Shown: in pieces, positions 49,973 through 58,925 of the stretch | How the letters are laid out: the number at the start of each line of letters is the position of its first letter | How positions within the stretch are numbered: position 1 is the first letter of the stretch | Assembly (NCBI GenBank): GCA_963766075.1 | Contig: CAVYAN010000049.1 | Span: forward strand, 13,598 to 77,597 | Reading direction: 5' to 3' | DNA: 64,000 nucleotides | Source: an uncultured cyanobacterium | GTDB lineage: Bacteria > Cyanobacteriota > Cyanobacteriia > Leptolyngbyales > Leptolyngbyaceae | Position numbers and translations under genes: made by a program | Notes under the pieces: generated by a model | What the model saw: only the letters and a program-made list of their open reading frames with translations | Database searches by the model: none | What the model was told of the DNA's origin: nothing

Positions 49973-51979
49973 TTACGGTGATGTCGGAATGGGCAGATCA
50001 AAATTGACTTCTTCGATGGTGATATCACCATGGAGATCAAAGCTGTTCAGATAGGCCAAGGGGTCGTCGGGATTAAATACCACCCCATCAAACAAGGCAA
50101 AGGGGCCACGGCTGGGTTCAGTGTCGGGCAGTTCTAGGGCACGGGCGGCGGCTCCATACAGATCAACGCGGCGGGTTTGCTCCAAAACTTCGATCCAGTT
50201 GCGGGGGAAGGAGGTCATGCCCCAGCGAGCAAGCTGAGTCAGAATCCATAGCCCTTCGGCGCGGCTGGGGAAGTTGGACTGATCGACATAGAATTGGTTA
50301 AACCGCAACGGTGTCGAGGCGGGTTCATCCGTGCCGCGATCGTAGGGATCGATAAATCCGGGCAGGATATACTCCAGATTGGTGCCAATGTATTCCGGTT
50401 TAGTCAGCAGCTTGGCGATCGCGGGTCGGTTGCGGCGATCGTCGCAGTAGTCGCAGGCTTCCAGCAACGCTTTGACCAAGGCAATGTGGGTTTGGGGATG
50501 CTCATCGGCCCAGCCGTTCCGCACCCCGAGCACTTTTTCGGGATGTCCCGCCCAAATTTCCAGGTCCGTGGCAATCACAAAGCCGTGACCTTCTTGCACC
50601 GCTCGCGTGTTCCAGGGTTCACCGGCGCAGAACCCGTCAATGTTGCCACTCAGCAGGTTAGAGACCATCTGAGCTGGCGGAATCACCGCTAGGTTCACAT
50701 CCTTATCTGGATCGATGCCCGCTGATGCCAGCCAGTAGCGCAGCATCAGGTTGTGCATCGAGGCGGCATGGACAATACCGATAGTGTGAACTTTATCCGG
50801 TGTCCGAGCGATCGCGTCTTTAAAGTCCGCTAAGGTGCGTACCCCCGCATCGTAGAATTTTTTATCCAGGGTAATGGCGTTGCCGTTGCGACTGAGGGTG
50901 AGGGCGGTGGCAATCGGGCAGGGGGGATTGCCGTTCAGCCCTAGGGTCATGGCGAGGGGCAGACCGGCCACCATCTGGGCGGCATCCAATTGCCCGTCGG
51001 TCATGCCATCGACGATCGCCTTCCAACTGGGTTCACGGTGCAGGGTCACCTGGGTGAGGCCATGCTTCTCGAAAAAGCCCATTTCCTTGGCCACGACCAG
51101 CGGGGCTGCATCGGTGAGGGGAATAAAGCCAATGTCCAAATTGATCTTTTCCAGACCATTGGCGGCGATCGCGGCCATGGGCTTGAGGCTCTTGCGCTTT
51201 TTCGCCCGCTTTTGCTGATTGAGGAAGTAAATCATCTCATTGCGCAGGGCATAGTAGCTGGGATGGTTGACCACTTCCATGCGCAGGCGGGGACGGGGAA
51301 TGCGCACATCCAGAATTTGACCGATGTGGGCTTCGGGGCCGTTGGTCAGCATAACAATGCGATCGCTGAGCAGCAACGCTTCATCCACATCATGGGTCAC
51401 CATCAGACAGGTCATGCCCGTCTCTTCGCAGATTTTCATCAACTGCTCTTGCAGGTTGCCCCGCGTGAGGGCATCCAAGGCTCCAAAGGGTTCGTCGAGT
51501 AGCAGCATTTTGGGCCGAATCGACAGGGCACGGGCGATCGCCACCCGCTGCTTCATCCCGCCGGAGAGCTCCTTGGGCTTTTTATCGGCGGCGGGGCGCA
51601 ATCCCACGAGGTTGATATGCTGCTCCACAATGGCGCTGCGCTCGGCAGCGGGGAGATCCTTCAACACCTTGTTCACGGCTAGGGCGATGTTTTGCCGGAC
51701 GGTTTTCCACGGGAGTAAAGAATAGTTTTGGAAGACCATCATGCGATCGGGGCCAGGACTGTTGATTTCCCGTCCGTCCAGAACCACCCCACCGACAGAG
51801 GCCCGATCCAGCCCTGCCACAATATTCAACAGCGTGGATTTACCACAGCCCGAGTGCCCGATCAGGGAAACAAACTCGCCTTTCTTGAGGGTGAGGTCAA
51901 CGCTCTTCAGGGCAATATATTCCTTGCCACCCGCGAGGGGAAAGACTTTGTCAATGCGATCAACTTCAAGAAATGCCAT
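49973..51979 (-). CDS. nrtC: nitrate/nitrite ABC transporter ATP-binding protein NrtC with C-terminal NrtA-like regulatory domain
   Basis: The ABC domain has GHSGCGKSTLLN, LSGGMKQRV and LLLDEPFGALD. It is followed by a ~400-aa solute-binding-protein-like domain (FIPLTDAAPLVVAKEMGFFEKHGL...). Start at MAFLEVDRI (51979). Confidence 0.92.
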   Translation of the reverse strand: MAFLEVDRIDKVFPLAGGKEYIALKSVDLTLKKGEFVSLIGHSGCGKSTLLNIVAGLDRASVGGVVLDGREINSPGPDRMMVFQNYSLLPWKTVRQNIALAVNKVLKDLPAAERSAIVEQHINLVGLRPAADKKPKELSGGMKQRVAIARALSIRPKMLLLDEPFGALDALTRGNLQEQLMKICEETGMTCLMVTHDVDEALLLSDRIVMLTNGPEAHIGQILDVRIPRPRLRMEVVNHPSYYALRNEMIYFLNQQKRAKKRKSLKPMAAIAANGLEKINLDIGFIPLTDAAPLVVAKEMGFFEKHGLTQVTLHREPSWKAIVDGMTDGQLDAAQMVAGLPLAMTLGLNGNPPCPIATALTLSRNGNAITLDKKFYDAGVRTLADFKDAIARTPDKVHTIGIVHAASMHNLMLRYWLASAGIDPDKDVNLAVIPPAQMVSNLLSGNIDGFCAGEPWNTRAVQEGHGFVIATDLEIWAGHPEKVLGVRNGWADEHPQTHIALVKALLEACDYCDDRRNRPAIAKLLTKPEYIGTNLEYILPGFIDPYDRGTDEPASTPLRFNQFYVDQSNFPSRAEGLWILTQLARWGMTSFPRNWIEVLEQTRRVDLYGAAARALELPDTEPSRGPFALFDGVVFNPDDPLAYLNSFDLHGDITIEEVNFDLPIPTSP

Positions 51980-52052
51980 AGGAATGAAGAGGGGGAAGAG
52001 GACTAGGATGGATTGAGGACTGTCAGGAAACCGCACATCAAACTACTCCGAA

Positions 52053-52865
52053 CTACTCCGAAACCACCAGGGAACCCAACCACCCCACGATGCGATCGAG
52101 GGCCATACCCACCAGTCCCACACAAATCACGGCCAGAATAATTTTGCTCAAGCTGTCTTCGAGCTGGGCGCTGTACTCGTTCCAAATATAGGCCCCAATG
52201 CCACCCGCACCCGTAGACAGCATTTCCGCCGCCACGATCGCCAACCAGGCCAGACCAATGCCAATCCGCAAGCCCGTGAAGATGTAGGGCACGGTGGACG
52301 GAATCAGGATGCTAAACAGAAAATCTTTACCGGAGAGGCGCAGCACCTTGGCGACATTGGTGTAGTCTGAGGGAATTTGCTGGATACCCACTGCCGTATT
52401 GATCACAACCGGCCAAATTGCGGTGATGAAAATCAGAAAAATCCCAGCGGGAGCCGCTTCCTGAAACATGGCGAGGGAGAGGGGCAACCAGGCCAAGGGC
52501 GGCACCGTCCGCAGCACTTGGATTAGGGGATCAAACCCATCGCGCAGGAACTTATTTACCCCGATCGCTACCCCAATGCTCGTACCAATCACAGCCGCGA
52601 GGGCATAGCCGACACCAACCCGCTGCAAACTGGCAAAGAGTTGCAGCCAAATCCCCCCTTCACCAAATCCGTCGAGAATTACTTGAAAGGTTTGGCTGGC
52701 AACCTTAGTGGGTCCCGGCAATTTTGACTCAGGGCTGAGGCAGAGGAGTTGCCAAATCCCCAGGACAAGGGTTGTACAGACCAGTGGGGGCACCAATGCC
52801 TTAACAAATTTACCGAGGTTTGCAGCTAGGGCTGAGGGGACTAGCAGGGATTGGGAGCTGGCCAT
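52053..52865 (-). CDS. nrtB: nitrate/nitrite ABC transporter permease NrtB
   Basis: 270-aa six-TM BPD-type permease located between nrtA and nrtC. Confidence 0.9.
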   Translation of the reverse strand: MASSQSLLVPSALAANLGKFVKALVPPLVCTTLVLGIWQLLCLSPESKLPGPTKVASQTFQVILDGFGEGGIWLQLFASLQRVGVGYALAAVIGTSIGVAIGVNKFLRDGFDPLIQVLRTVPPLAWLPLSLAMFQEAAPAGIFLIFITAIWPVVINTAVGIQQIPSDYTNVAKVLRLSGKDFLFSILIPSTVPYIFTGLRIGIGLAWLAIVAAEMLSTGAGGIGAYIWNEYSAQLEDSLSKIILAVICVGLVGMALDRIVGWLGSLVVSE

Positions 52866-53296
52866 AGGAGTTGCCTCGTGGTAAGGGAAGACGAAGGAGC
52901 GGTCGATGGAAAATCAACAGGTCAGGGAAATACTGGGAAAAACACAAGGGCCGAATTCAGCGTCTAGGCCAATGGGATGGACCCAAAAATCATCGTATGG
53001 GTCGGAAGACTGGAAGTGCCAAGACCGAGCAAGCGCCAAGACCGGGCCAACTAGAGCAAGAAAAGCTACAGCGAGAAACCTAGAACGAGGAAACTAGACC
53101 AAAAACTAGACCGAAAAAATGCATAGCTCGTACTAATGTGACAGAAAGACAGCGATGCGAAAGTTCGTGACGGACGGCACAGCGGCTGATCGTAGGCTGA
53201 CCGATTACAAGGTAGAGACGTCCTAGAAGAACGCCTCTACCGGAGCGGCTCGATTAACCGGCTCTGTATCGAATATGACCCGACCGGATGGGGCGA

Positions 53297-54625
53297 CTAG
53301 GCTTTTTTGATCTTCAGGCTAGCCAAGTAGTCTTTGGGCTTCGTCGGATCAAACGTGATCTTATCGAAGAAGGTTTCCACCCCACGGGTATCTTCCTTGG
53401 GAATATCTGCCGCCGCGACGTTAATCGCCTTCGCCGCCTCGCGCCACAGATCGGGGCGACAGACCTTATCCACCATGGCCAAGTCTGGCTCAGCAAACTT
53501 GCCCCAGCGGATATTTTCCGTGATGAACCAACTGTCATGGCTCTTATAGGGGAAAGAGGCATTATCGCGCCAGAACTTCATCAACAGCGGGCTGTTTTCC
53601 AACTTGCGACCATCGCCCATGTCAAAATTGCCCTTCAACCGATCTATGATGTCCGTTACCGGAGCCTTAATATATTTGTCGGCAGAGACAATCTTGCACA
53701 TTTCTTCCTTGTTTTCGTCCTTATCGCACCATTGCTGGGCTTCTAGCACCGCCATGAGCATGGCTTTGGCCGCTTTGGGGTTCTTATCGACCCACTCTGA
53801 TCGCATGGAGAACGCCTTTTCGGGGTGATCTTTCCACATTTCGCCAGTGGTGAGGGCACTGTAACCTAGTTTTTTACTAATCAAGCGATCGTTCCAGGGT
53901 TCACCCACACAGAAGGCATCCATGGTCTTGGTTTCCATGTTGGCCACCATTTGTGGCGGTGGAATTACAATGATGTCCACGTCTTCATTAGGATCGATGC
54001 CGCCTGCTGCTAGCCAGTAGCGCATCCACAGATCGTGGGTACCACCAGGGAAGGTCACGGCACACTTTAGTTTGTTACCTGAAGCCTTGCGCTCCAGCAC
54101 TTTTACTTTCAGTTTGGCGCTGTCGGTGTCCAGCTTCAGATCAGCGTATTCATTAGATACTGAAATACCCTGCCCATTGGTATTTAGCCGTGCCAGGACA
54201 TACATAGGGACGGGGGTATTACCCTTTGTTACCTTCCCGGAGGTCAATAGATAGGGCATGGGGGTCAGGATATGGGCACCATCAATGCCGCCCTTTTCTC
54301 CACCTAGTTCCAGGTTGTCCCGTACCACGGCCCAGGAGGTTTGCTTGGTGACGGAAACATCCTTCATGCCGTATTTCTCGAAAATGCCCTTTTCTTTGGC
54401 AATGATCAGAGGGGCAGAATCCGTTAGGGCGATGAAGCCAAGCTTGGCGGTGGTGGTTTCCGGGGTGTCCATGGTGCCGCTGCTGACGGCGGGGACGGCA
54501 CTGGGGGAAGCCCCGCTAGTGGTGGTGGCGGTTTTGCTGCCAGAACTACAGGCATTGACCAACAGGCTCCCGGCGGTAGCGGCCCCGGCGGTGAGAATAA
54601 ATTTGCGTCTGGAGAAATTCGTCAT
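53297..54625 (-). CDS. nrtA: nitrate/nitrite-binding lipoprotein NrtA
   Basis: Tat-like signal plus lipobox MTNFSRRKFILTAGAATAGSLLVNAC, then the NMT1/NrtA fold (KLGFIALTDSAPLIIAKEKGIFEKYGM). The ORF-track start 54733 is probably too long. Confidence 0.92.
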   Translation of the reverse strand: MTNFSRRKFILTAGAATAGSLLVNACSSGSKTATTTSGASPSAVPAVSSGTMDTPETTTAKLGFIALTDSAPLIIAKEKGIFEKYGMKDVSVTKQTSWAVVRDNLELGGEKGGIDGAHILTPMPYLLTSGKVTKGNTPVPMYVLARLNTNGQGISVSNEYADLKLDTDSAKLKVKVLERKASGNKLKCAVTFPGGTHDLWMRYWLAAGGIDPNEDVDIIVIPPPQMVANMETKTMDAFCVGEPWNDRLISKKLGYSALTTGEMWKDHPEKAFSMRSEWVDKNPKAAKAMLMAVLEAQQWCDKDENKEEMCKIVSADKYIKAPVTDIIDRLKGNFDMGDGRKLENSPLLMKFWRDNASFPYKSHDSWFITENIRWGKFAEPDLAMVDKVCRPDLWREAAKAINVAAADIPKEDTRGVETFFDKITFDPTKPKDYLASLKIKKA

Positions 54626-54775
54626 GGGATTATGGGTTCCAAATTCTAAATACTGGGGTTGAATTTCCGTGATGTGTGTTGGCGTTGCGTCCAAAAGGAT
54701 TCGTCGCCAACCGATGCACAGGATACATCGCAATGCCCTGGGTGATGCAGTTAAGCAAGGGGCCGGGTCGGTAGA

Positions 54776-56653
54776 TTAAAGATCCAGAGCGACGATGCCT
54801 ACGGGGTAGGCAATACAGGGGAGGATGTAGCCTCCGCCGCGATCGCCGTCACTCAGGGCTGCCGGAGTACCCTCATAGCGGACTTGTCCCTGAAGGAGCT
54901 TTTGCTTGCAGGTGCCGCAGGTGCCGCTGCGACAACTACTGTCTGCGGCCACGCCCGCCGCCTCTAGCGTTTCCAAAAGGGAAATCGCATCCGTCGCGGC
55001 TAGGATGGTGCCGGATTGGGCCAACTGAATCGTGGCCGGAGCCCCCGTGGGCTGGAGCGTGGCGGTAGGCACCGGGGCTGCTTCGGCAATCGCCACTCCC
55101 GGCTTTAACTGTGCGCCGAATTGCTCGGTTAGCAGTTGCCGCAGTACCGGCTTCAGATCCTCACAGGGAATTCCCTTGGTGACACAGGTGCCCAAGTGGG
55201 CATCCTTGCCCACGGTGCCGCCCATATAAATATCCACCCCCTCAACGGTTTTACCGTTCTTACGGACCTTGGTGCCCATTAAGCCGATGTCGGCTACTTG
55301 GGGCTGGCCGCAGGAGTTCGGGCAGCCCGTCCAATGAATACGGACCGGACGGGCTACGTCTAGCTCCGCTTCCAGCTCCTGAATTAATGCCTGCAATCGC
55401 GTCTTCGTTTCGATCAAGGCAAAGTTACAGAATTGCGCCCCCGTACAGGACACCAGCGCCCGTGAAAGGGGGGCGGGCGCTACGGCAAAGCGCTCGAGGA
55501 GCGGCTCTGCCAAAAGCGCGGGTAAACGCGAATCCGCCACATTCGGAATAATCACATTCTGCTCGACGGTGAGCCGTAATTCACTACTGCCGTAAACCTC
55601 AGCAAGTCGGGCTAAATCTGCCATGTCTTGGGCGTGGAGTCGTCCGACGGGCACATGCAACCCGACATAGCTCAATCCGGGTTGCTTTTGGGCATAAACC
55701 CCCAGATGATCCCGCTTCTCCCACTGAATTTCGTCGTGCTCCGCTGCGGCTAGGAGAGGCTGGCCCATCTGCTCGACAACAGCGCTCCGAAATTTCTCGA
55801 TCCCCCATTCATCAATCAGCCACATGAGGCGCGACTTTTGCCGATTGGCCCGCAGGCCATGGTCACGGTACACCACCAAAATGGCTTCACACAGGGCCAC
55901 CACGTCTTGGGGCGGGACCCAAACGTTGAGGGGCACTGCGGCTTCACACCGCTTGGCGGAGAAAAAACCACCGACGAGGACGTTGAATCCCAGGGTGTCG
56001 GCCTGGTAGGCGGGCACAAAGGCGATGTCGTTGATTTCGGCGTGGACAGAATTGTCGCGGCAACCGGCGATCGCGATATTAAACTTGCGGGGCAAGTTCG
56101 AGAAAGCGGAATTTCCCTGTCCCTTGGCCGTGATCATATCCTGAACGGCTTGGGCCAGGTCGCGGGTATCCATTAGCTCATCCGCATCAATGCCCGCGAC
56201 GGGTGAGCCTGTAATGTTGCGCACATTATCCATGCCAGACTGAATGCTGGTGAGATCAACGGCTTGCAACTGCTGGAAAATATCAGGCAAGTCTTCAATC
56301 CGAATGCCCCGGAGTTGGATGTTTTGGCGGGTGGTGATATCGGCGCTGCCGTCATCGCCGTAACGTTGCACAATAGCGCTGAGTACTTGCAGTTGAGTAC
56401 TGGTGATGACCCCACTGGGCAGCCGGAGGCGCATCATGAACTTACCGGGAGTGACCGGGCGGAAAAACACCCCGAGCCATTTCAGACGATAGTCGCGATC
56501 GGTTTCATCCATGGCCTCCCAGCCGACCTGGGCATAGTGCTGCAATTCGGCTTTAACGGCAAGGCCGTCTTTTTCCTGCTTTAATTTTTCAAACTTGTTT
56601 AAGCTAGCCGAGGGTGAGGCAGCGGTGGTCATGGGCGGTTCCTGAATGGACAC
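54776..56653 (-). CDS. nirA: ferredoxin-nitrite reductase NirA with a fused C-terminal plant-type [2Fe-2S] ferredoxin-like domain
   Basis: Siroheme/[4Fe-4S] cysteines are in SCTGAQFCNF and WTGCPNSCGQP. An extra ~100 aa at the C-terminus contains CRSGTCGTCKQKLLQGQV...ILPCIAYP. Confidence 0.92.
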   Translation of the reverse strand: MSIQEPPMTTAASPSASLNKFEKLKQEKDGLAVKAELQHYAQVGWEAMDETDRDYRLKWLGVFFRPVTPGKFMMRLRLPSGVITSTQLQVLSAIVQRYGDDGSADITTRQNIQLRGIRIEDLPDIFQQLQAVDLTSIQSGMDNVRNITGSPVAGIDADELMDTRDLAQAVQDMITAKGQGNSAFSNLPRKFNIAIAGCRDNSVHAEINDIAFVPAYQADTLGFNVLVGGFFSAKRCEAAVPLNVWVPPQDVVALCEAILVVYRDHGLRANRQKSRLMWLIDEWGIEKFRSAVVEQMGQPLLAAAEHDEIQWEKRDHLGVYAQKQPGLSYVGLHVPVGRLHAQDMADLARLAEVYGSSELRLTVEQNVIIPNVADSRLPALLAEPLLERFAVAPAPLSRALVSCTGAQFCNFALIETKTRLQALIQELEAELDVARPVRIHWTGCPNSCGQPQVADIGLMGTKVRKNGKTVEGVDIYMGGTVGKDAHLGTCVTKGIPCEDLKPVLRQLLTEQFGAQLKPGVAIAEAAPVPTATLQPTGAPATIQLAQSGTILAATDAISLLETLEAAGVAADSSCRSGTCGTCKQKLLQGQVRYEGTPAALSDGDRGGGYILPCIAYPVGIVALDL

Positions 56654-56773
56654 TGCTAACGGACTGTGGGTCGGCTAGTACCAGAGAAGGAATCGGGCCA
56701 AGGGAACCAAAAAACATCAATAAATGTTAAATAGACTTGTCCGGAAAACCCCTAAGGTGCTTTGCCTGAAGAC

Positions 56774-56815
56774 AAGGTAACCAAATGCAACTCAGCAATT
56801 AGTGTCCATAGTTAC
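56774..56815 (-). promoter_or_regulatory. NtcA-type activated promoter of the nirA operon (NtcA box plus -10)
   Basis: On the minus strand the box reads GTAACTATGGACAC (GTA-N8-CAC versus consensus GTA-N8-TAC) at 56802-56815. TACCTT (TAN3T) lies 22 nt downstream at 56774-56779, about 115-120 nt upstream of the nirA ATG. Confidence 0.65.
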
Positions 56816-57050
56816 AAAACATGGTGAATCATGAATATTGTGAATCCCCGCTATGTGAAAAAATCATGTAAAAATCCCACAGTGTGAAAAATTCATGATG
56901 CGGGGATGATTCTGGGGCTTCAGCGTCACTGGGCCAGGTTGTCAATTCTTCTGGCTGTGTAAAATCCAGCAATGGCCTGCCCCGTGGCGCGATCGCGGCA
57001 CTCTAGCAAGACGCTCACGCAAGAGCTATCACGCCGTTAGGCCCGCTTGG

Positions 57051-57248
57051 CTAGGCGCTCACCGTATGTCCAGCAGCGGCGATCGCGGCTTTGACGTCGC
57101 CTTCCGCCGCTTGGGTGTCAATGCTGACGCCCTTTGTATTGAGGTTAATTTGCACGGTTGCTGTGGGATCGATCGCCGTAATGGCTTTGGTGACGATGCC
57201 AGCACATCCCTCACAGACCATAGAAGGAACGAAGATTTGGAGTGTCAT
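57051..57248 (-). CDS. heavy-metal-associated (HMA) domain metallochaperone, CopZ/Atx1-like
   Basis: MTLQIFVPSMVCEGCAGIV contains the MxCxxC metal-binding loop in a ~65-aa ferredoxin-like fold. Start taken at 57248. Confidence 0.8.
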   Translation of the reverse strand: MTLQIFVPSMVCEGCAGIVTKAITAIDPTATVQINLNTKGVSIDTQAAEGDVKAAIAAAGHTVSA

Positions 57249-57323
57249 AGTACATCCGGCAGATTCAGAAGAACAATTAAGTCGGTGGGGAACCAGCGAT
57301 GGGTTTCGCGCCAATTTTAGCCT

Positions 57324-57929
57324 TTATTGAATGAGCCGCATCAAAAAGCCGGGAGACATCCACAGCGCGTAGACCGCTCCCATCATGGCCAAGGTAATGG
57401 CGATCGTCATGCCATAGCTCAGGCACATCAAGAATCCATCAGCTTCTAAAGTGGCAACGGCCAAGAGGAGGATCCCTGCGGTTGGAATTGGATTGGTGAA
57501 GGGAATCGGTAGAATCAGCAGGATCGTTAGCCAAGCGATACAGAAGCCATTTAAGCGCCAGGTGTAGGGACTTTCCGCAATGCTGCGCAGGCGCGGGCGG
57601 GTGATTTTTTCGAGCACTCGGGTGAAGTGCTGGAGATTGTGTAGCAAATGATTGGAAATCCATTGGGGAAATTGATATTGGGCAATGCGCCGAGGCAACC
57701 AGGGCGATCGCCGTCCCACCATCATTTGCAAGGCCAACAGGAGTGCCCCTGAACCCAAGGGGCCTGTGAAGCCGGGTGGCATGGGAAATAAGAAGGGTAG
57801 GGTCAGCAGCCCAATGACCAAGCTAAACCCACGCTCGGCGGTTTCGGCCAAAATATCTGCCAAGGTCAAGGGGCGCTCTTGCGCCCGTAGCAGCAGCGCT
57901 TCCAGGTCTTGGGAAAACTTCAGATGCAT
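57324..57929 (-). CDS. ExoD-like membrane protein
   Basis: RGFSLVIGLLTLPFLFPMPPGFTGPLGSGALLLALQMMVGRRSPWLPRRI, plus C-terminal TM segments typical of the ExoD family. Confidence 0.7.
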   Translation of the reverse strand: MHLKFSQDLEALLLRAQERPLTLADILAETAERGFSLVIGLLTLPFLFPMPPGFTGPLGSGALLLALQMMVGRRSPWLPRRIAQYQFPQWISNHLLHNLQHFTRVLEKITRPRLRSIAESPYTWRLNGFCIAWLTILLILPIPFTNPIPTAGILLLAVATLEADGFLMCLSYGMTIAITLAMMGAVYALWMSPGFLMRLIQ

Positions 57930-58082
57930 GAGGATTTATGGACAAAGGAACTCATTCAACCCGCTGCGAACAGGTCTCCAGCAGAGGAGCACGACGCGTT
58001 CAAGACGCGCTCAATGTAGAGACTCCTCCACTGTATAGAAAGGACACAGCGTTTGTCAGGTGATTTCCGTAACATTGTCGCC

Positions 58083-58149
58083 GCGGGGAGCAACGACTCC
58101 GCTCGCTAGAAGTTCTGCTAGCGGAGCGGAGTCGTAGTTCGCTTCCCGC
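58083..58149. repeat. long imperfect hairpin (REP/MITE-like) in the plsY-exoD spacer
   Basis: CGACTCCGCTCGCTAG (58094-58109) pairs with CTAGCGGAGCGGAGTCG (58118-58134), leaving one bulge. The outer arm GCGGGGAGC pairs with GCTTCCCGC. It shares the core GAGCGGAGTCG with the element at 44064-44198. Confidence 0.6.
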
Positions 58150-58204
58150 AGGGTAGCCAGCGGATTCTACTAGCTAGCGGGCATACTATTTCTGAGAAAT
58201 CGCC

Positions 58205-58900
58205 TTACGATTCCAGGCTTTCGGTGGGTTCAGGAAGTTTTTGACCCAGTTGAGGCTCTGTCCCGGCGAGCAACCGCTGAATATTGGACCGATGGCGGAC
58301 AATAACGTAGATGCCTCCGGTGAGGCTGAACAGGATGTAAGCAAGGGGTTGGGCGGTGAGCATCATAAAGCCAGACGCCGCGATCGCCCCGACGATGGAA
58401 CTGAGGGAGACAATGCGCGTGATGGCCATGACCAAGGCAAAGGTCGCAAGGGTGGCTAAGCCCACAATCCAGTTGAGGGTGAGCAGGATGCCCAAACTGG
58501 TGGCAACGGACTTGCCTCCCGTAAAGTTCAGAAAAATGGATTTGCTGTGGCCGATCAGACAGGCCATGGCCGCGAGGACGACCACCCAAGGCTTCCCGGT
58601 GGGATCGGCGTATAGCCCATAGACAAGGGCGATCGCTGCCGCGCCCTTCAACACATCCACTGTCAACACAAAAATGGCGGGTCCCTTGCCCAAGGTCCGG
58701 AGCACGTTCGTTGCCCCGGTGGAGCCAGAGCCTTGTTCGCGTATATCGACGCCCTTGAGGACCTTGCCTGTCCAGTAGCCCGTAGGGATGGAGCCCAGCA
58801 AGTAGGCGATCCCGACGATCAGCCCATTCAGGAGCCACCCCTGCAGGGGCAATCCCATGGGAATGACAGTGTGTTCAACCAAAGCCACGAGGGAAGTCAT
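58205..58900 (-). CDS. plsY: glycerol-3-phosphate acyltransferase PlsY
   Basis: YLLGSIPTGYW and GSGSTGATNVLR motifs in a multi-TM protein. Start at MTSLVAL (58900) avoids overlap with the upstream gene. Confidence 0.88.
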   Translation of the reverse strand: MTSLVALVEHTVIPMGLPLQGWLLNGLIVGIAYLLGSIPTGYWTGKVLKGVDIREQGSGSTGATNVLRTLGKGPAIFVLTVDVLKGAAAIALVYGLYADPTGKPWVVVLAAMACLIGHSKSIFLNFTGGKSVATSLGILLTLNWIVGLATLATFALVMAITRIVSLSSIVGAIAASGFMMLTAQPLAYILFSLTGGIYVIVRHRSNIQRLLAGTEPQLGQKLPEPTESLES

Positions 58901-58925
58901 AGGTCCTACTAAGATAAGGTCTGCC

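Noticed and set aside
52871-53083. 70-aa highly basic plus-strand ORF in the nrtA-nrtB spacer
   Set aside because: It is on the opposite strand to the operon, has Lys/Arg/Gly-rich low complexity, and lacks an RBS or recognisable fold.
58230-58838. 202-aa minus-strand ORF
   Set aside because: It is an off-frame overlap with plsY. The PlsY motifs (GSGSTGATN) are in the other frame.
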